From the NCBI GenBank assembly GCA_017304945.1, contig JAFKLG010000069.1, positions 61,936-125,935 of the forward strand: 64,000 nt of DNA, in the 5' to 3' direction. The stretch is from Rhodospirillales bacterium. GTDB lineage: Bacteria; Pseudomonadota; Alphaproteobacteria; Acetobacterales; Acetobacteraceae. A program made the translations under genes and the position numbers. Below, piece by piece: positions 1-8,286 of the stretch. Below the pieces are notes generated by a model. The model saw only the letters and a program-made list of their open reading frames with translations. It searched no databases and had not been told where the DNA came from. How positions within the stretch are numbered: the stretch's first letter is position 1; each line of letters starts with the position of its first letter.

Positions 1-2
1 TG

Positions 3-353
3 GTGATCTCCGGCGGCCGTGGGATGCAGAACGGCGAAAACTTTAAGCTTCTGGAACCAATTGCTGATAAGTTGGGTGCCGCCGTCGGAGCCTCGCGCGC
101 GGCGGTGGACGCTGGGTTCGTGCCGAACGAATACCAGGTCGGGCAGACCGGCAAGATCGTCGCCCCGGAACTCTACGTCGCCGTCGGCATCTCGGGGGCC
201 ATTCAGCACCTCGCCGGGATGAAGGACAGCAAGGTGATCGTGGCGATCAACAAGGATGAGGAAGCGCCCATCTTCCAGGTCGCCGATTACGGCCTGGTCG
301 CGGATCTGTTCAACGCGCTGCCCGAGCTGGCGGCGGAACTGGAGCGCTCCTGA
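3..353 (+). CDS. etfA: Electron transfer flavoprotein alpha subunit, C-terminal part (5' end lies outside the window)
   Basis: ORF is open to the window edge. It carries the ETF-alpha FAD-domain signature [19 protein letters not shown] and [14 protein letters not shown]. The stop abuts the hbd start. Confidence 0.85.
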   Translation: MISGGRGMQNGENFKLLEPIADKLGAAVGASRAAVDAGFVPNEYQVGQTGKIVAPELYVAVGISGAIQHLAGMKDSKVIVAINKDEEAPIFQVADYGLVADLFNALPELAAELERS

Positions 354-1283
354 ATGACGATCGACGTCAAGCCGTCACCGGTCACCTCCCCCGCCGACAC
401 CGCGGTCCCCGAGATCGCCCGCGTGGGCGTGATCGGCGCGGGACAGATGGGCAACGGCATTGCGCATGTGACCGCGCTGGCCGGGGTGCCGGTGATGCTG
501 CTCGACGTCAAGCCCGAGGCCCTGTCCAAGGCGGTCGCGACCATCGCCCGCAACATGGACCGGCAGGTCAACCGCTCCATCGTCTCGGCCGAGGATCGTG
601 ACGCGGCGCTCGCCCGCATCACCACCTCGACCGACTATGCCGCCTTCGCCGACGCCGACCTCGTGATCGAGGCGGCGACGGAGAAGGAGGAGGTGAAGCG
701 GGCCATCTTCAAGTCGCTGATGCCGGCGCTGAAGCCGGCATGCCTGGTGGCGTCCAACACCTCCTCGATCTCGATCACCCGGCTCGGCGCCGCGACCGAC
801 CGGCCCGAGAAGTTCATCGGCATGCACTTCATGAACCCGGTGCCGGTCATGAAGCTGGTGGAGATCATCCGCGGCATCGCCACCGACGAGCCGACCTTCC
901 AGGCGGTTCAGGCGCTGGCGGTCAAGCTGGGCAAGATCCCCGCCGTCGCCGAGGATTTCCCTGCCTTCATCGTCAACCGCATCCTGGTGCCGATGATCAA
1001 CGAGGCGGTCTACGCGCTCTACGAAGGCGTCGGATCCGTCTCCGGCATCGACACCTCCATGAAGCTCGGGGCCAACCACCCGATGGGCCCGCTCGAACTC
1101 GCGGACTTCATCGGGCTGGATACGTGCCTCTCGATCATGCAGGTACTGTATGACGGGCTGTCCGACAGCAAGTACCGTCCCTGCCCGCTGCTGGTGAAAT
1201 ACGTCGAAGCGGGCTGGCTGGGCCGCAAGACCGGCCGCGGCTTCTACGACTACGCGCAGAACCCGCCGCGCCCCACGCGCTGA
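354..1283 (+). CDS. hbd: 3-hydroxybutyryl/3-hydroxyacyl-CoA dehydrogenase
   Basis: 309-aa ORF with Rossmann motif VGVIGAGQMGNGIA plus NTSSISIT and HFMNPVP, all typical of the family. The ATG directly follows the etfA TGA. The true start could be slightly internal. Confidence 0.85.
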   Translation: MTIDVKPSPVTSPADTAVPEIARVGVIGAGQMGNGIAHVTALAGVPVMLLDVKPEALSKAVATIARNMDRQVNRSIVSAEDRDAALARITTSTDYAAFADADLVIEAATEKEEVKRAIFKSLMPALKPACLVASNTSSISITRLGAATDRPEKFIGMHFMNPVPVMKLVEIIRGIATDEPTFQAVQALAVKLGKIPAVAEDFPAFIVNRILVPMINEAVYALYEGVGSVSGIDTSMKLGANHPMGPLELADFIGLDTCLSIMQVLYDGLSDSKYRPCPLLVKYVEAGWLGRKTGRGFYDYAQNPPRPTR

Positions 1284-1407
1284 GTCCGCATCGAGCGTGA
1301 TCGGCGGAAGCGTGTTCGCCGCAGCCGTGAATCACGCGATATCAAACAAGCGGCTGGAACCCGCCGGCGAGCGAACGTGAGCCGGACAGGGTCTGGGCTG
1401 GCCGCCG

Positions 1408-1584
1408 CTACACGCGGCCGGCCCTCATGCGACGACCTTGGCCACCGACGCGGCCCATCACCTTGAACCGCTCTTCCCCGTCGCTCTCATGGATGGAGGG
1501 GATGAGGAGATGCGCGTCATCCTCGGCAAGAATCCGGTCCCCGATGGCCAGCGCCAGCTCATGCTCTTGGCGATTGCCGCGTCC
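1408..1584 (-). pseudogene. Possible remnant of a BrnT-type (COG2929) toxin gene, with no start codon and a truncated C-terminus
   Basis: My translation of the minus strand between an upstream TAA (1585-1587) and a TAG (1408-1410) is GRGNRQEHELALAIGDRILAEDDAHLLIPSIHESDGEERFKVMGRVGGQGRRMRAGRV. The spacing N-x3-H-x-L-x-L...IL-x-ED...H-x-S-x-GEERF...G resembles the BrnT core (N..KHGV.F.EA..VF.D...HS..EER...G). There is no ATG, and the conserved C-terminal RIISAR part is missing. Confidence 0.3.
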
Positions 1585-1717
1585 TTACCGCTGATACGAC
1601 TGGCACTGCACACTCTCACACGCTGACGCCGCACACGGACTGTTGCGCTTCGCTGCGACAACCGCTGCGTGCAGGCCTCGTTCCCGGTCCGATTGGATTT
1701 CGGACCGGAGCAACGGA

Positions 1718-2470
1718 ATGCCCAAGGAATCGAGCGAACAGAAGAAAACGGTCGGCCGCGTCATGCACGAGTTCAAGCATGGCGAGCTGGAGACTGCCGG
1801 CGGCCGCAAGGTGAAGAACCCGCGCCAGGCGATCGCGATCGGACTGCGCGAGGCCGGGGCCTCCAACCAGGAGAGCCCGAAGCGCAATCGCCAGTCCCTC
1901 GCCCGCACCAAGGCGAAGGAGCGGCGGGGCGAGACCGCGCAGCAGGAGAAGGAAGGCCGCGGCGCGATGGATCGCGGCCGTGCGCGCCGCGCCGCCACGC
2001 GCAAGAGCAGCGGCACCGCCGGCACGCGCAAGAGCGCCAAGGCGGGCAGCCGCAAGAGCGCGGCGAAGTCCGCAACCGGCACCTCGGCACGCCGCACCGC
2101 CCGCAAGGCGCCGCGCACCGGGGGGACGCAGCGCAAGACGGCAAGCGGCACCCGCAAGGCCGCGAGCGGCACGCGCAAGACGGCGCGCACGGCCCGCAAG
2201 GCCGCAAGCGGCGCCCGCAAGACCGCGAGCCACGCCCGCAAGCCCGCAAGCGGCGCCCGCAAGACCGCGAGCCACGCCCGCACGGCGAACGGCAGCGCCC
2301 GCAAGTCCGCGACCAGCGCCCGCGCGGCGAACGGTGGCGCGGCGCGCAAGACGTCCGGCCGGCGCGGCGAGAAGACCCGCGCGGAACTCTACGCGATGGC
2401 GCGCCGCCGCGGCGTCGAAGGGCGCTCGCACATGAACAAGGCGGAGCTGCAGCAGGCGCTCAGCCGCTGA
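1718..2470 (+). CDS. Basic low-complexity protein: DUF6496-like N-terminus, Ala/Lys/Arg/Thr-rich repeat core, and a Rho-termination-factor-N-like (SAP-like) C-terminus
   Basis: ATG at 1718 with GGAG 7 nt upstream. The N-terminus KKTVGRVMHEFKHGELETAGGRKVKNPRQAIAIGLREAG matches small alphaproteobacterial stress-type proteins. The core consists of (A/T)SG(A/T)RK(T/A)A repeats. The C-terminus is TRAELYAMARRRGVEGRSHMNKAELQQALSR. Confidence 0.7.
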   Translation: MPKESSEQKKTVGRVMHEFKHGELETAGGRKVKNPRQAIAIGLREAGASNQESPKRNRQSLARTKAKERRGETAQQEKEGRGAMDRGRARRAATRKSSGTAGTRKSAKAGSRKSAAKSATGTSARRTARKAPRTGGTQRKTASGTRKAASGTRKTARTARKAASGARKTASHARKPASGARKTASHARTANGSARKSATSARAANGGAARKTSGRRGEKTRAELYAMARRRGVEGRSHMNKAELQQALSR

Positions 2471-3608
2471 CGGCGATGTCCGTCAGCCGGCGGTGTTCGT
2501 CCATCGCGTAGCGGTCGGTCATGCCCGCAACGTAGTCGCCGACCACCACCGCCGCGCGCTGGGTGCCCCCCTCGCCTGCCCGCCCGCGCCAGTCGTCTGG
2601 CAGCAGCGAGGGATCGGCATGCAGCAGGCGGAACACCTCCTCGGTCAGCGCGCGCGCTTTGCGAGTCATGCGGTTGACCCGCCAGTGGCGGTACATGCGG
2701 GCGAACAGGAAGTCCTTGATGACCTGGTTCGCCTCCGCCATCGGCGCGCTGAACGACACCACCCGCTGCCGCGCCCGCCGGATGGCATCGGCGTCCTTCG
2801 GCGCGAGCTTCGCCAGCCGGCGCTGCGTCTCGCCGATCAGGTCGGAGACCAGGGCGTCGATCACCCGCCTGATCGTCTCGTGCCGCAGCCGCGGCGGCGG
2901 CACGTCCAGGCTCGAGCGGCGCGCCGCCGTCAGCGCCTCCTTCACCACCGGGAGATGCGCGATGTCGTCCGGCCCGAACAGCCGCGCGCGCAGCCCGTCA
3001 TCGAGGTCGTGGCTGTGATAGGCGATGTCGTCGGCGAGCGCGGCGATCTGCGCCTCGGCCGAGGCGTGGGTGCCGAGGTCCAGCCGGTGCCGGTCGTTGT
3101 AGTCGGCGATGTAGGGCGGCGGGTTGCGCAGCGGGCCGTTGTGCTTGGCGAGCCCCTCCAGCGTCTCCCAGGTGAGGTTCAGCCCGTCCCAGCCGGCATA
3201 GCGGCTCTCGAGCAGGGTGACGACGCGCAGGCTCTGGGCGTTGTGGTCGAACCCGCCGAACGGCTTCATGGCGAGGTTCAGCGCCTCCTCCCCGGCATGG
3301 CCGAAGGGGGGGTGGCCGAGGTCGTGGGCGAGCGCCAGCGCCTCGGTCAGGTCCTCGTCGAGGCCGAGCGCGCGGGCGATGGAGCGGGCGATCTGCGCGA
3401 CCTCGATCGAGTGGGTCAGGCGGGTGCGGTAGAAATCGCCCTCGTGATTGACGAAGACCTGGGTCTTGTACTGCAACTTGCGGAAGGCGGAGCTGTGGAT
3501 GATCCGGTCCCGGTCGCGCTGCCACGGCGAACGGGTCGGCGCCTCCGGTTCCGGATGGAGCCGACCGCGGGCGGTGGCGGCCTGGACCGCGTAGGGGGCG
3601 AGCGTCAT
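2460..3608 (-). CDS. dgt: dGTP triphosphohydrolase-like HD-domain protein (type 2 dGTPase family)
   Basis: 382 aa with HD motif THSIEVAQIARSIARALGL...ALAHDLGHPPFGHAGE. The ATG at 3608 was verified. The 3' end overlaps the convergent upstream gene by 11 bp. Confidence 0.85.
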   Translation of the reverse strand: MTLAPYAVQAATARGRLHPEPEAPTRSPWQRDRDRIIHSSAFRKLQYKTQVFVNHEGDFYRTRLTHSIEVAQIARSIARALGLDEDLTEALALAHDLGHPPFGHAGEEALNLAMKPFGGFDHNAQSLRVVTLLESRYAGWDGLNLTWETLEGLAKHNGPLRNPPPYIADYNDRHRLDLGTHASAEAQIAALADDIAYHSHDLDDGLRARLFGPDDIAHLPVVKEALTAARRSSLDVPPPRLRHETIRRVIDALVSDLIGETQRRLAKLAPKDADAIRRARQRVVSFSAPMAEANQVIKDFLFARMYRHWRVNRMTRKARALTEEVFRLLHADPSLLPDDWRGRAGEGGTQRAAVVVGDYVAGMTDRYAMDEHRRLTDIAVSG

Positions 3609-3676
3609 CCCGTCCGGCCTTACACTGCGCAGGCCGCGGCTTCAATTCCACGCGCTCCCACCCTATGTTGCGAGGC

Positions 3677-4006
3677 ATGAGCCAGTTTGCCGTGACCGAC
3701 CGCGCGGCAGCGCGGATCGCCGAGATCGTAGCCGCCGAGGGCCGGGACGCAGCATTGCGCGTCGCCGTGCTGGCCGGCGGCTGCAGCGGGTTCCAGTACC
3801 GCTTCGAGCTGGATGCGACACCGCAGGATGATGACCTGGTGATCGAGCGCGCCGGCGCGCGGGTGCTGGTGGACAGCGCGAGCCTCGACCTGCTGGCGGG
3901 CGCGGAGCTCGACTTCACCGACGCGCTGATGGGCAGCCACTTCGCGGTGCGCAACCCGAACGCCAAGTCCGCCTGCGGCTGCGGGACGAGCTTCTCGGTC
4001 GATTGA
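3677..4006 (+). CDS. erpA: Iron-sulfur cluster insertion protein (HesB/IscA/ErpA family)
   Basis: Contains GGCSGFQY and a C-terminal CGCGTSF cysteine triad. ATG at 3677 (MSQFAVTD). Confidence 0.85.
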   Translation: MSQFAVTDRAAARIAEIVAAEGRDAALRVAVLAGGCSGFQYRFELDATPQDDDLVIERAGARVLVDSASLDLLAGAELDFTDALMGSHFAVRNPNAKSACGCGTSFSVD

Positions 4007-4144
4007 GGGCCGGGACCGCCGGCGGCGGGCCGGCCCGCGCGTGCGGCGGCAGTGTCACGCGTCCGCGCTGCCCGCCGGCGCCAGTCGCTCGCGTCAATCG
4101 TCATTTCGTCCCTTCACGCCGCTCGGGGCCGCCAGGGGCTCGCG

Positions 4145-6367
4145 TCAATCGTCCACCGGAGCGGCCGGCAGCGACGAGGCCGGTGGCCGCGCGTGTGGCA
4201 CCGGCGGCACCCAGGGCCGCGCGCCGCGCGCCTCCCGATCCGTCACGATCCGCGCCCCCGCCGGTTCGAGCCAGATCGCCGTGGCGCCGTCGCGCCAGAC
4301 GGTGAAGCGGTCGACCAGGGCCGGCCACGGCTTGGCGCACAGGCCGCGGGCCGGTTCCGCCGAGACCAGCACCACCAGCCCGCCGCAATCGCCGATCCGG
4401 TCCGCCTGACGCACCAGTCGCGCCGCCCCGGCGTCCGGCCGCGGCCGTAACGTGCAGCCGCTGCCGTCGCACAGGATCGCGCCATCGGCGCCCCGGCCCT
4501 CATGCGGCAGGTGCATCGGTGGTCCGGTGTTCCAGAGATGCTGCCACGCCTCCTCGGTGAACCGGCTCCCCCCCTGCGCCGCCTGCACGTACGATCCGCG
4601 TGCGATATGCACGCCGATGAGACGCGAATCCGCGCTGACCAGCAGATCCGGCGGCCGCTCCACCGCCACCGCCCCCAGCCCCACCACGACCAGCGCCAGA
4701 CCCGCGAGCCGCAACCGGGATTGCCACAGCGCGATCCATGCCAGGCCGAGGCACACCAGCCCGAACCCCCAGGCCGGCAGATGCGGCACCCCGATCGTCG
4801 CCCCTGGCAGCGCCGCGACCGACCGGGCGATCCAGAGCGTCGCCTCGATTCCCCACCCCATGACATGGACCGGCCATGCCTCCAGCCCCAGCGGCATCAG
4901 GCAGAGCGCGAGCATGCCGGCCGGCATCACCAGCACCCCGGCCAGCGGCACCGCCGCCATGTTGGCCAGCACGAACCAGGTCTGCACCCGGCCGAAATGG
5001 TAGGCCGAGACGGGCAGCGTCGCTCCGCCGGCGAGCAGGCTGGTCAGCACCGCCCCCGCCCCTGCCGCCGCCGCCCAGCCGACCCAGCCGCGGCGGCCCA
5101 GCCGGCAGAGCCAGGCGCCGGTCACCTCGGCCCCGGCCAGCAGCGCCATCACCGCGAAGAAGCTCATCTGCATGGAGGCGCCGACCACCTGCACCGGGTC
5201 GAGCGCCATCAGCAGCAGCGCCGCCAGGGCCAGGCTGCGCAGCGACAGCACGCGCCGCCCGGTCAGGCTCGCCACCACGAACAGCGCCGCCATCAGGAAG
5301 CTGCGCACCATCGGCACCTGCGTGCCGGTCAGCACCATGTAGAACCCGCCGGCGGCCAACCCCGCGACCAGTCCCACCGGCTTCAGCGGCCAGTGCAGCG
5401 CCGCCCAGGGCCACAGCGCGAGACCGCGCCGCACCGCCACCGCCGCGATGCCGATCACGATCGCGATGTGCAGGCCGGACACCGACAGCAGGTGCGCGAG
5501 GCCGGAGCCGCGGAACGCCTGGATCTCGGGCGGCGCGATCGCGGTCTGCGTGCCGGTCAGCAGTGCCTGCGCGAGCGCCGCCTGGGCCGGCGGCAGCAGG
5601 GCGTCGAGCCGCGCATTGATCGCCTCCCGCCAGCGCGCGATCACCACCAGCGGGCCGCGCGGCGCCGCGCCGACGATCGTCACCGGCGACAACGCCGCGC
5701 CGGTCGCCGTCAGGCCGGAGAAATACGCGTCCCGCTGCATGTCCCAGGCGCCCGGATAGGCCGGCGGCATCGGCGCGCGCAGCAGCGCTCGCACCCGCAC
5801 GCGATCGCCGCTGGCGACCACCGCCGGGTCGCGCGGACGCAGCCGGATGCGCACGGCGCGGCCAAACGGCGCCGGCGCGCCCGCCAGCGTCACGTCGGTG
5901 AGCGTGATGCGCCGGCCGCCCGGCAACGTCTCCACCCCGTAGACCGATCCGGTCACGATCGCGGCGCGGGACGGCACCGGGTCGAAGGGCGGCGCGCGCC
6001 AGGCCGCGACCTCCGCCGCCAGGAACCCGGCCGCGAACGCCGTGCAGGCGCCCGCCAGACCGGCCAGCAGCGGCCAGGGGCGCAGCCGCCACACCGCGGC
6101 CAGCAGGACCGGCGCCGCGGCGAGCCCCCACCACAGCGGCGGCTCACGGCGCAGGTCGAAATAGGCGAGCACGCCGGCGGCCATGCACACCGGCAGCCAC
6201 AGCGCGAACCGGCCGGCCTCCGCCTCCTGCCAGGCGGCGAACCAGCCCAGGCTGGGGGTGCTCGCGCCGATTCCCCCCTGGCCGCGCCGGAGCAGGCCAC
6301 GGCAGCGCAACCCGACCCCGCGCAAGCCGGGACAGCCCAGGCCGGGATGGGTCGGCGCGGCATCCAT
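4145..6367 (-). CDS. comEC: ComEC/Rec2 family DNA internalization channel protein
   Basis: Polytopic membrane ORF with competence-domain motif [16 protein letters not shown] and a C-terminal metallo-beta-lactamase-like tail. The start is uncertain: ATG at 6367 is chosen, but the ORF is open to 6442. Confidence 0.75.
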   Translation of the reverse strand: MDAAPTHPGLGCPGLRGVGLRCRGLLRRGQGGIGASTPSLGWFAAWQEAEAGRFALWLPVCMAAGVLAYFDLRREPPLWWGLAAAPVLLAAVWRLRPWPLLAGLAGACTAFAAGFLAAEVAAWRAPPFDPVPSRAAIVTGSVYGVETLPGGRRITLTDVTLAGAPAPFGRAVRIRLRPRDPAVVASGDRVRVRALLRAPMPPAYPGAWDMQRDAYFSGLTATGAALSPVTIVGAAPRGPLVVIARWREAINARLDALLPPAQAALAQALLTGTQTAIAPPEIQAFRGSGLAHLLSVSGLHIAIVIGIAAVAVRRGLALWPWAALHWPLKPVGLVAGLAAGGFYMVLTGTQVPMVRSFLMAALFVVASLTGRRVLSLRSLALAALLLMALDPVQVVGASMQMSFFAVMALLAGAEVTGAWLCRLGRRGWVGWAAAAGAGAVLTSLLAGGATLPVSAYHFGRVQTWFVLANMAAVPLAGVLVMPAGMLALCLMPLGLEAWPVHVMGWGIEATLWIARSVAALPGATIGVPHLPAWGFGLVCLGLAWIALWQSRLRLAGLALVVVGLGAVAVERPPDLLVSADSRLIGVHIARGSYVQAAQGGSRFTEEAWQHLWNTGPPMHLPHEGRGADGAILCDGSGCTLRPRPDAGAARLVRQADRIGDCGGLVVLVSAEPARGLCAKPWPALVDRFTVWRDGATAIWLEPAGARIVTDREARGARPWVPPVPHARPPASSLPAAPVDD

Positions 6368-6461
6368 GCGGCGGAGTGTGCGCCCACACCCCTCACCAGC
6401 GGGTGAATGGCTTGCGCCGTCGGACGTTTCGCGCACCCGCATTCTGCACTATCTGCAGCGC

Positions 6462-7859
6462 ATGACCGTCCGCACCCGCTTCGCCCCCAGCCCGACCGGC
6501 CTGCTGCATATCGGCGGCGCCCGCACCGCGCTGTTCAACTTTCTCTACAGCCGCCACACCGGCGGCGAGTTCCTGCTGCGCATCGAGGACACCGATCGCG
6601 AACGCTCCACTGACGCGGCGACGCAGGTGATCCTGGAAGGGCTCGACTGGCTCGGCCTGAAGCATGACGGCCAGACCGTGTTCCAGTCGACCCGTGCCGC
6701 CCGCCACGCCGAGGTCGCGCACCAGTTGCTGGAGGCCGGTCGCGCCTATCGCTGCTACTGCACGGCGGAGGAGCTGAAGCAGATGCGCGAGCAGGCGATC
6801 GCCGAGGGCCGCTCCCCCCGCTATGACGGGCGCTGGCGCGATCGCGACCCGTCGGAGGCGCCCGCCGGCGTCTCCCCCGCCATCCGGCTCAAGGCGCCGC
6901 GCGACGGCGACACGGTGGTGGAGGACCTGGTGCAGGGCACCGTCCGCGTCGCCAACGCCGAACTGGACGACATGATCATCCTGCGCAGCGACGGCACGCC
7001 CACCTACCAGCACGCCGTGGTGGTGGACGACCACGACATGGGCATCACCCACGTCATCCGCGGCGACGACCACCTGACCAACACGTTCCGCCAGGTGCAG
7101 ATCTACCAGGCGATGGGCTGGGAGACGCCCACCTTCGCCCATATCCCGCTGATCCACGGCGCGGACGGCGCCAAGCTGTCGAAGCGGCACGGCGCCGTCT
7201 CGGTGCTGGAATTCCGCGAACAGGGCTTCCTGCCCGAAGCCGTCTGCAACTACCTCCTGCGGCTCGGATGGTCCCACGGCGACCTCGAATTCGTGCCGAT
7301 GGCGGAGGCGATCCGGCTGTTCGACATCGTCGACGTGAACCGCGGCGCGGCGCGCATGGACTACGCCAAGCTCACCCATCTGAACGGCGTCTACATCCGC
7401 CAGGCGGACGACGAGCGGCTGACCAAGGAGGTGCTGCAGCGCCTCGCGCACCGGCACGAGCTGTCGCTGGGCGCGGTCGCGGCGGGGCGGATCCGCGCGC
7501 TGATGCCGGCGCTGAAGGAGCGCGCCAAGACGCTGGTGGAGCTGGCGGACGCGGCGGCGTTCCTGGCGCGGGTGGTGCCCCTGCCCTTCGAGCCCAAGGC
7601 CGCGGCGGCGCTGACGCCGGAGGCCAAGCTGATGCTGCGCGATCTCGCGCCCGCGCTGGCGGCGACGGATTTCTCCGTCCCGGCGCTGGATGCGGCGCTG
7701 CGGGCCTTCGCGGAGGCGACCGGCCGGAAGCTGGGCCAGGTGGCGCAGCCGCTGCGCGCCGCGCTGACCGGCAGCACCGTCAGCCCGGGAATCGACGCGA
7801 CGCTCGCCGCGCTCGGCCGTGACGAATCCCTGGCGCGGATCGCTGCCGCGGCGGCGTAA
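6462..7859 (+). CDS. gltX: Glutamate--tRNA ligase
   Basis: Starts at [26 protein letters not shown] (HIGH motif) and contains KLSKRHG (KMSKS motif). ATG at 6462 verified in sequence. Confidence 0.9.
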   Translation: MTVRTRFAPSPTGLLHIGGARTALFNFLYSRHTGGEFLLRIEDTDRERSTDAATQVILEGLDWLGLKHDGQTVFQSTRAARHAEVAHQLLEAGRAYRCYCTAEELKQMREQAIAEGRSPRYDGRWRDRDPSEAPAGVSPAIRLKAPRDGDTVVEDLVQGTVRVANAELDDMIILRSDGTPTYQHAVVVDDHDMGITHVIRGDDHLTNTFRQVQIYQAMGWETPTFAHIPLIHGADGAKLSKRHGAVSVLEFREQGFLPEAVCNYLLRLGWSHGDLEFVPMAEAIRLFDIVDVNRGAARMDYAKLTHLNGVYIRQADDERLTKEVLQRLAHRHELSLGAVAAGRIRALMPALKERAKTLVELADAAAFLARVVPLPFEPKAAAALTPEAKLMLRDLAPALAATDFSVPALDAALRAFAEATGRKLGQVAQPLRAALTGSTVSPGIDATLAALGRDESLARIAAAAA

Positions 7860-8028
7860 GCCTCCCGTCGACACCCCCGGGCGGCAAAGCCGCGTGACTG
7901 GGCGCGCCGGCACACCCGGCCGCGCACCCGCGCGAGACGGCACGTCGGAACCCCGAGCCGCTGGAGGCCGACCGTCGCCTCCAGGTCGCGCAGAAAAATC
8001 GGCGCACGCTTACGAAAGCGCGGATGTT

Positions 8029-8042
8029 TTGATCCAGATCAA
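8029..8042 (+). promoter_or_regulatory. Perfect FNR/FixK-type box, TTGATCCAGATCAA
   Basis: Read directly from the sequence: TTGAT-N4-ATCAA in a locally AT-richer stretch of the gltX-czcD spacer. CATGTT at 8065-8070 is positioned as a -10 element for a class II (-41.5) promoter firing rightwards. Confidence 0.55.
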
Positions 8043-8076
8043 TGGCCGCCGCGCGACCTGGCGGCATGTTGTTCCT

Positions 8077-8166
8077 CGAGAAGCGGACGAGGTCTTCTCG
8101 TCTTGCTCCTCTCTTGGACTCCTCCCCAAACTTGGCGGTGCCACCACGGCACCGCCTTTCTTTTTG
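8077..8166 (+). ncRNA. Candidate FNR/FixK-activated small RNA (about 90 nt). The 5' end is inferred; the 3' end is at the intrinsic terminator.
   Basis: There is no ATG or plausible ORF between the predicted TSS and the terminator. The 5' hairpin is GACGAG(8086-8091)/CTCGTC(8097-8102). A single-stranded CU-rich stretch carries CUCCUCUC (8106-8113) and CUCCUCCCC (8119-8127). A terminator hairpin and U-tract follow. Confidence 0.4.
8134..8166 (+). terminator. Rho-independent terminator
   Basis: Perfect 9-bp stem GGCGGTGCC(8134-8142)/GGCACCGCC(8148-8156), 5-nt loop, followed by TTTCTTTTT. Confidence 0.7.
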
Positions 8167-8286
8167 TGTGTCGCGCGCCGAGCGCGCCGCGATGCCTGCG
8201 ATCGGGGATCCGGGGCTGGTCGGGCGGCCCCTCTGGCGCGGCCCGAGGATGACACGGGACCGACGGCCGCGAGTCAGAGAGGGTGG

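Noticed and set aside
2460-2470. Convergent 3'-end overlaps (2460-2470, and 37523-37536) as signs of mis-annotation or antisense regulation
   Set aside because: Short convergent stop-region overlaps are common in compact GC-rich genomes. Both partners in each pair have solid family motifs right to their ends.
1585-2511. Five overlapping Arg/Ala-rich ORFs on both strands (1585-2349, 1616-2431, 1669-2511, 1773-2249, 1980-2435)
   Set aside because: They are produced by the GC-rich 13-aa repeat region of the 1718-2470 gene. Only that frame has a ribosome binding site and conserved N- and C-terminal modules.
4243-6406. Several 150-630-aa ORFs overlapping comEC in other frames or on the other strand
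   Set aside because: No motifs and extreme Arg/Gly/Pro composition. The comEC frame has the competence-domain signature and membrane-helix periodicity.
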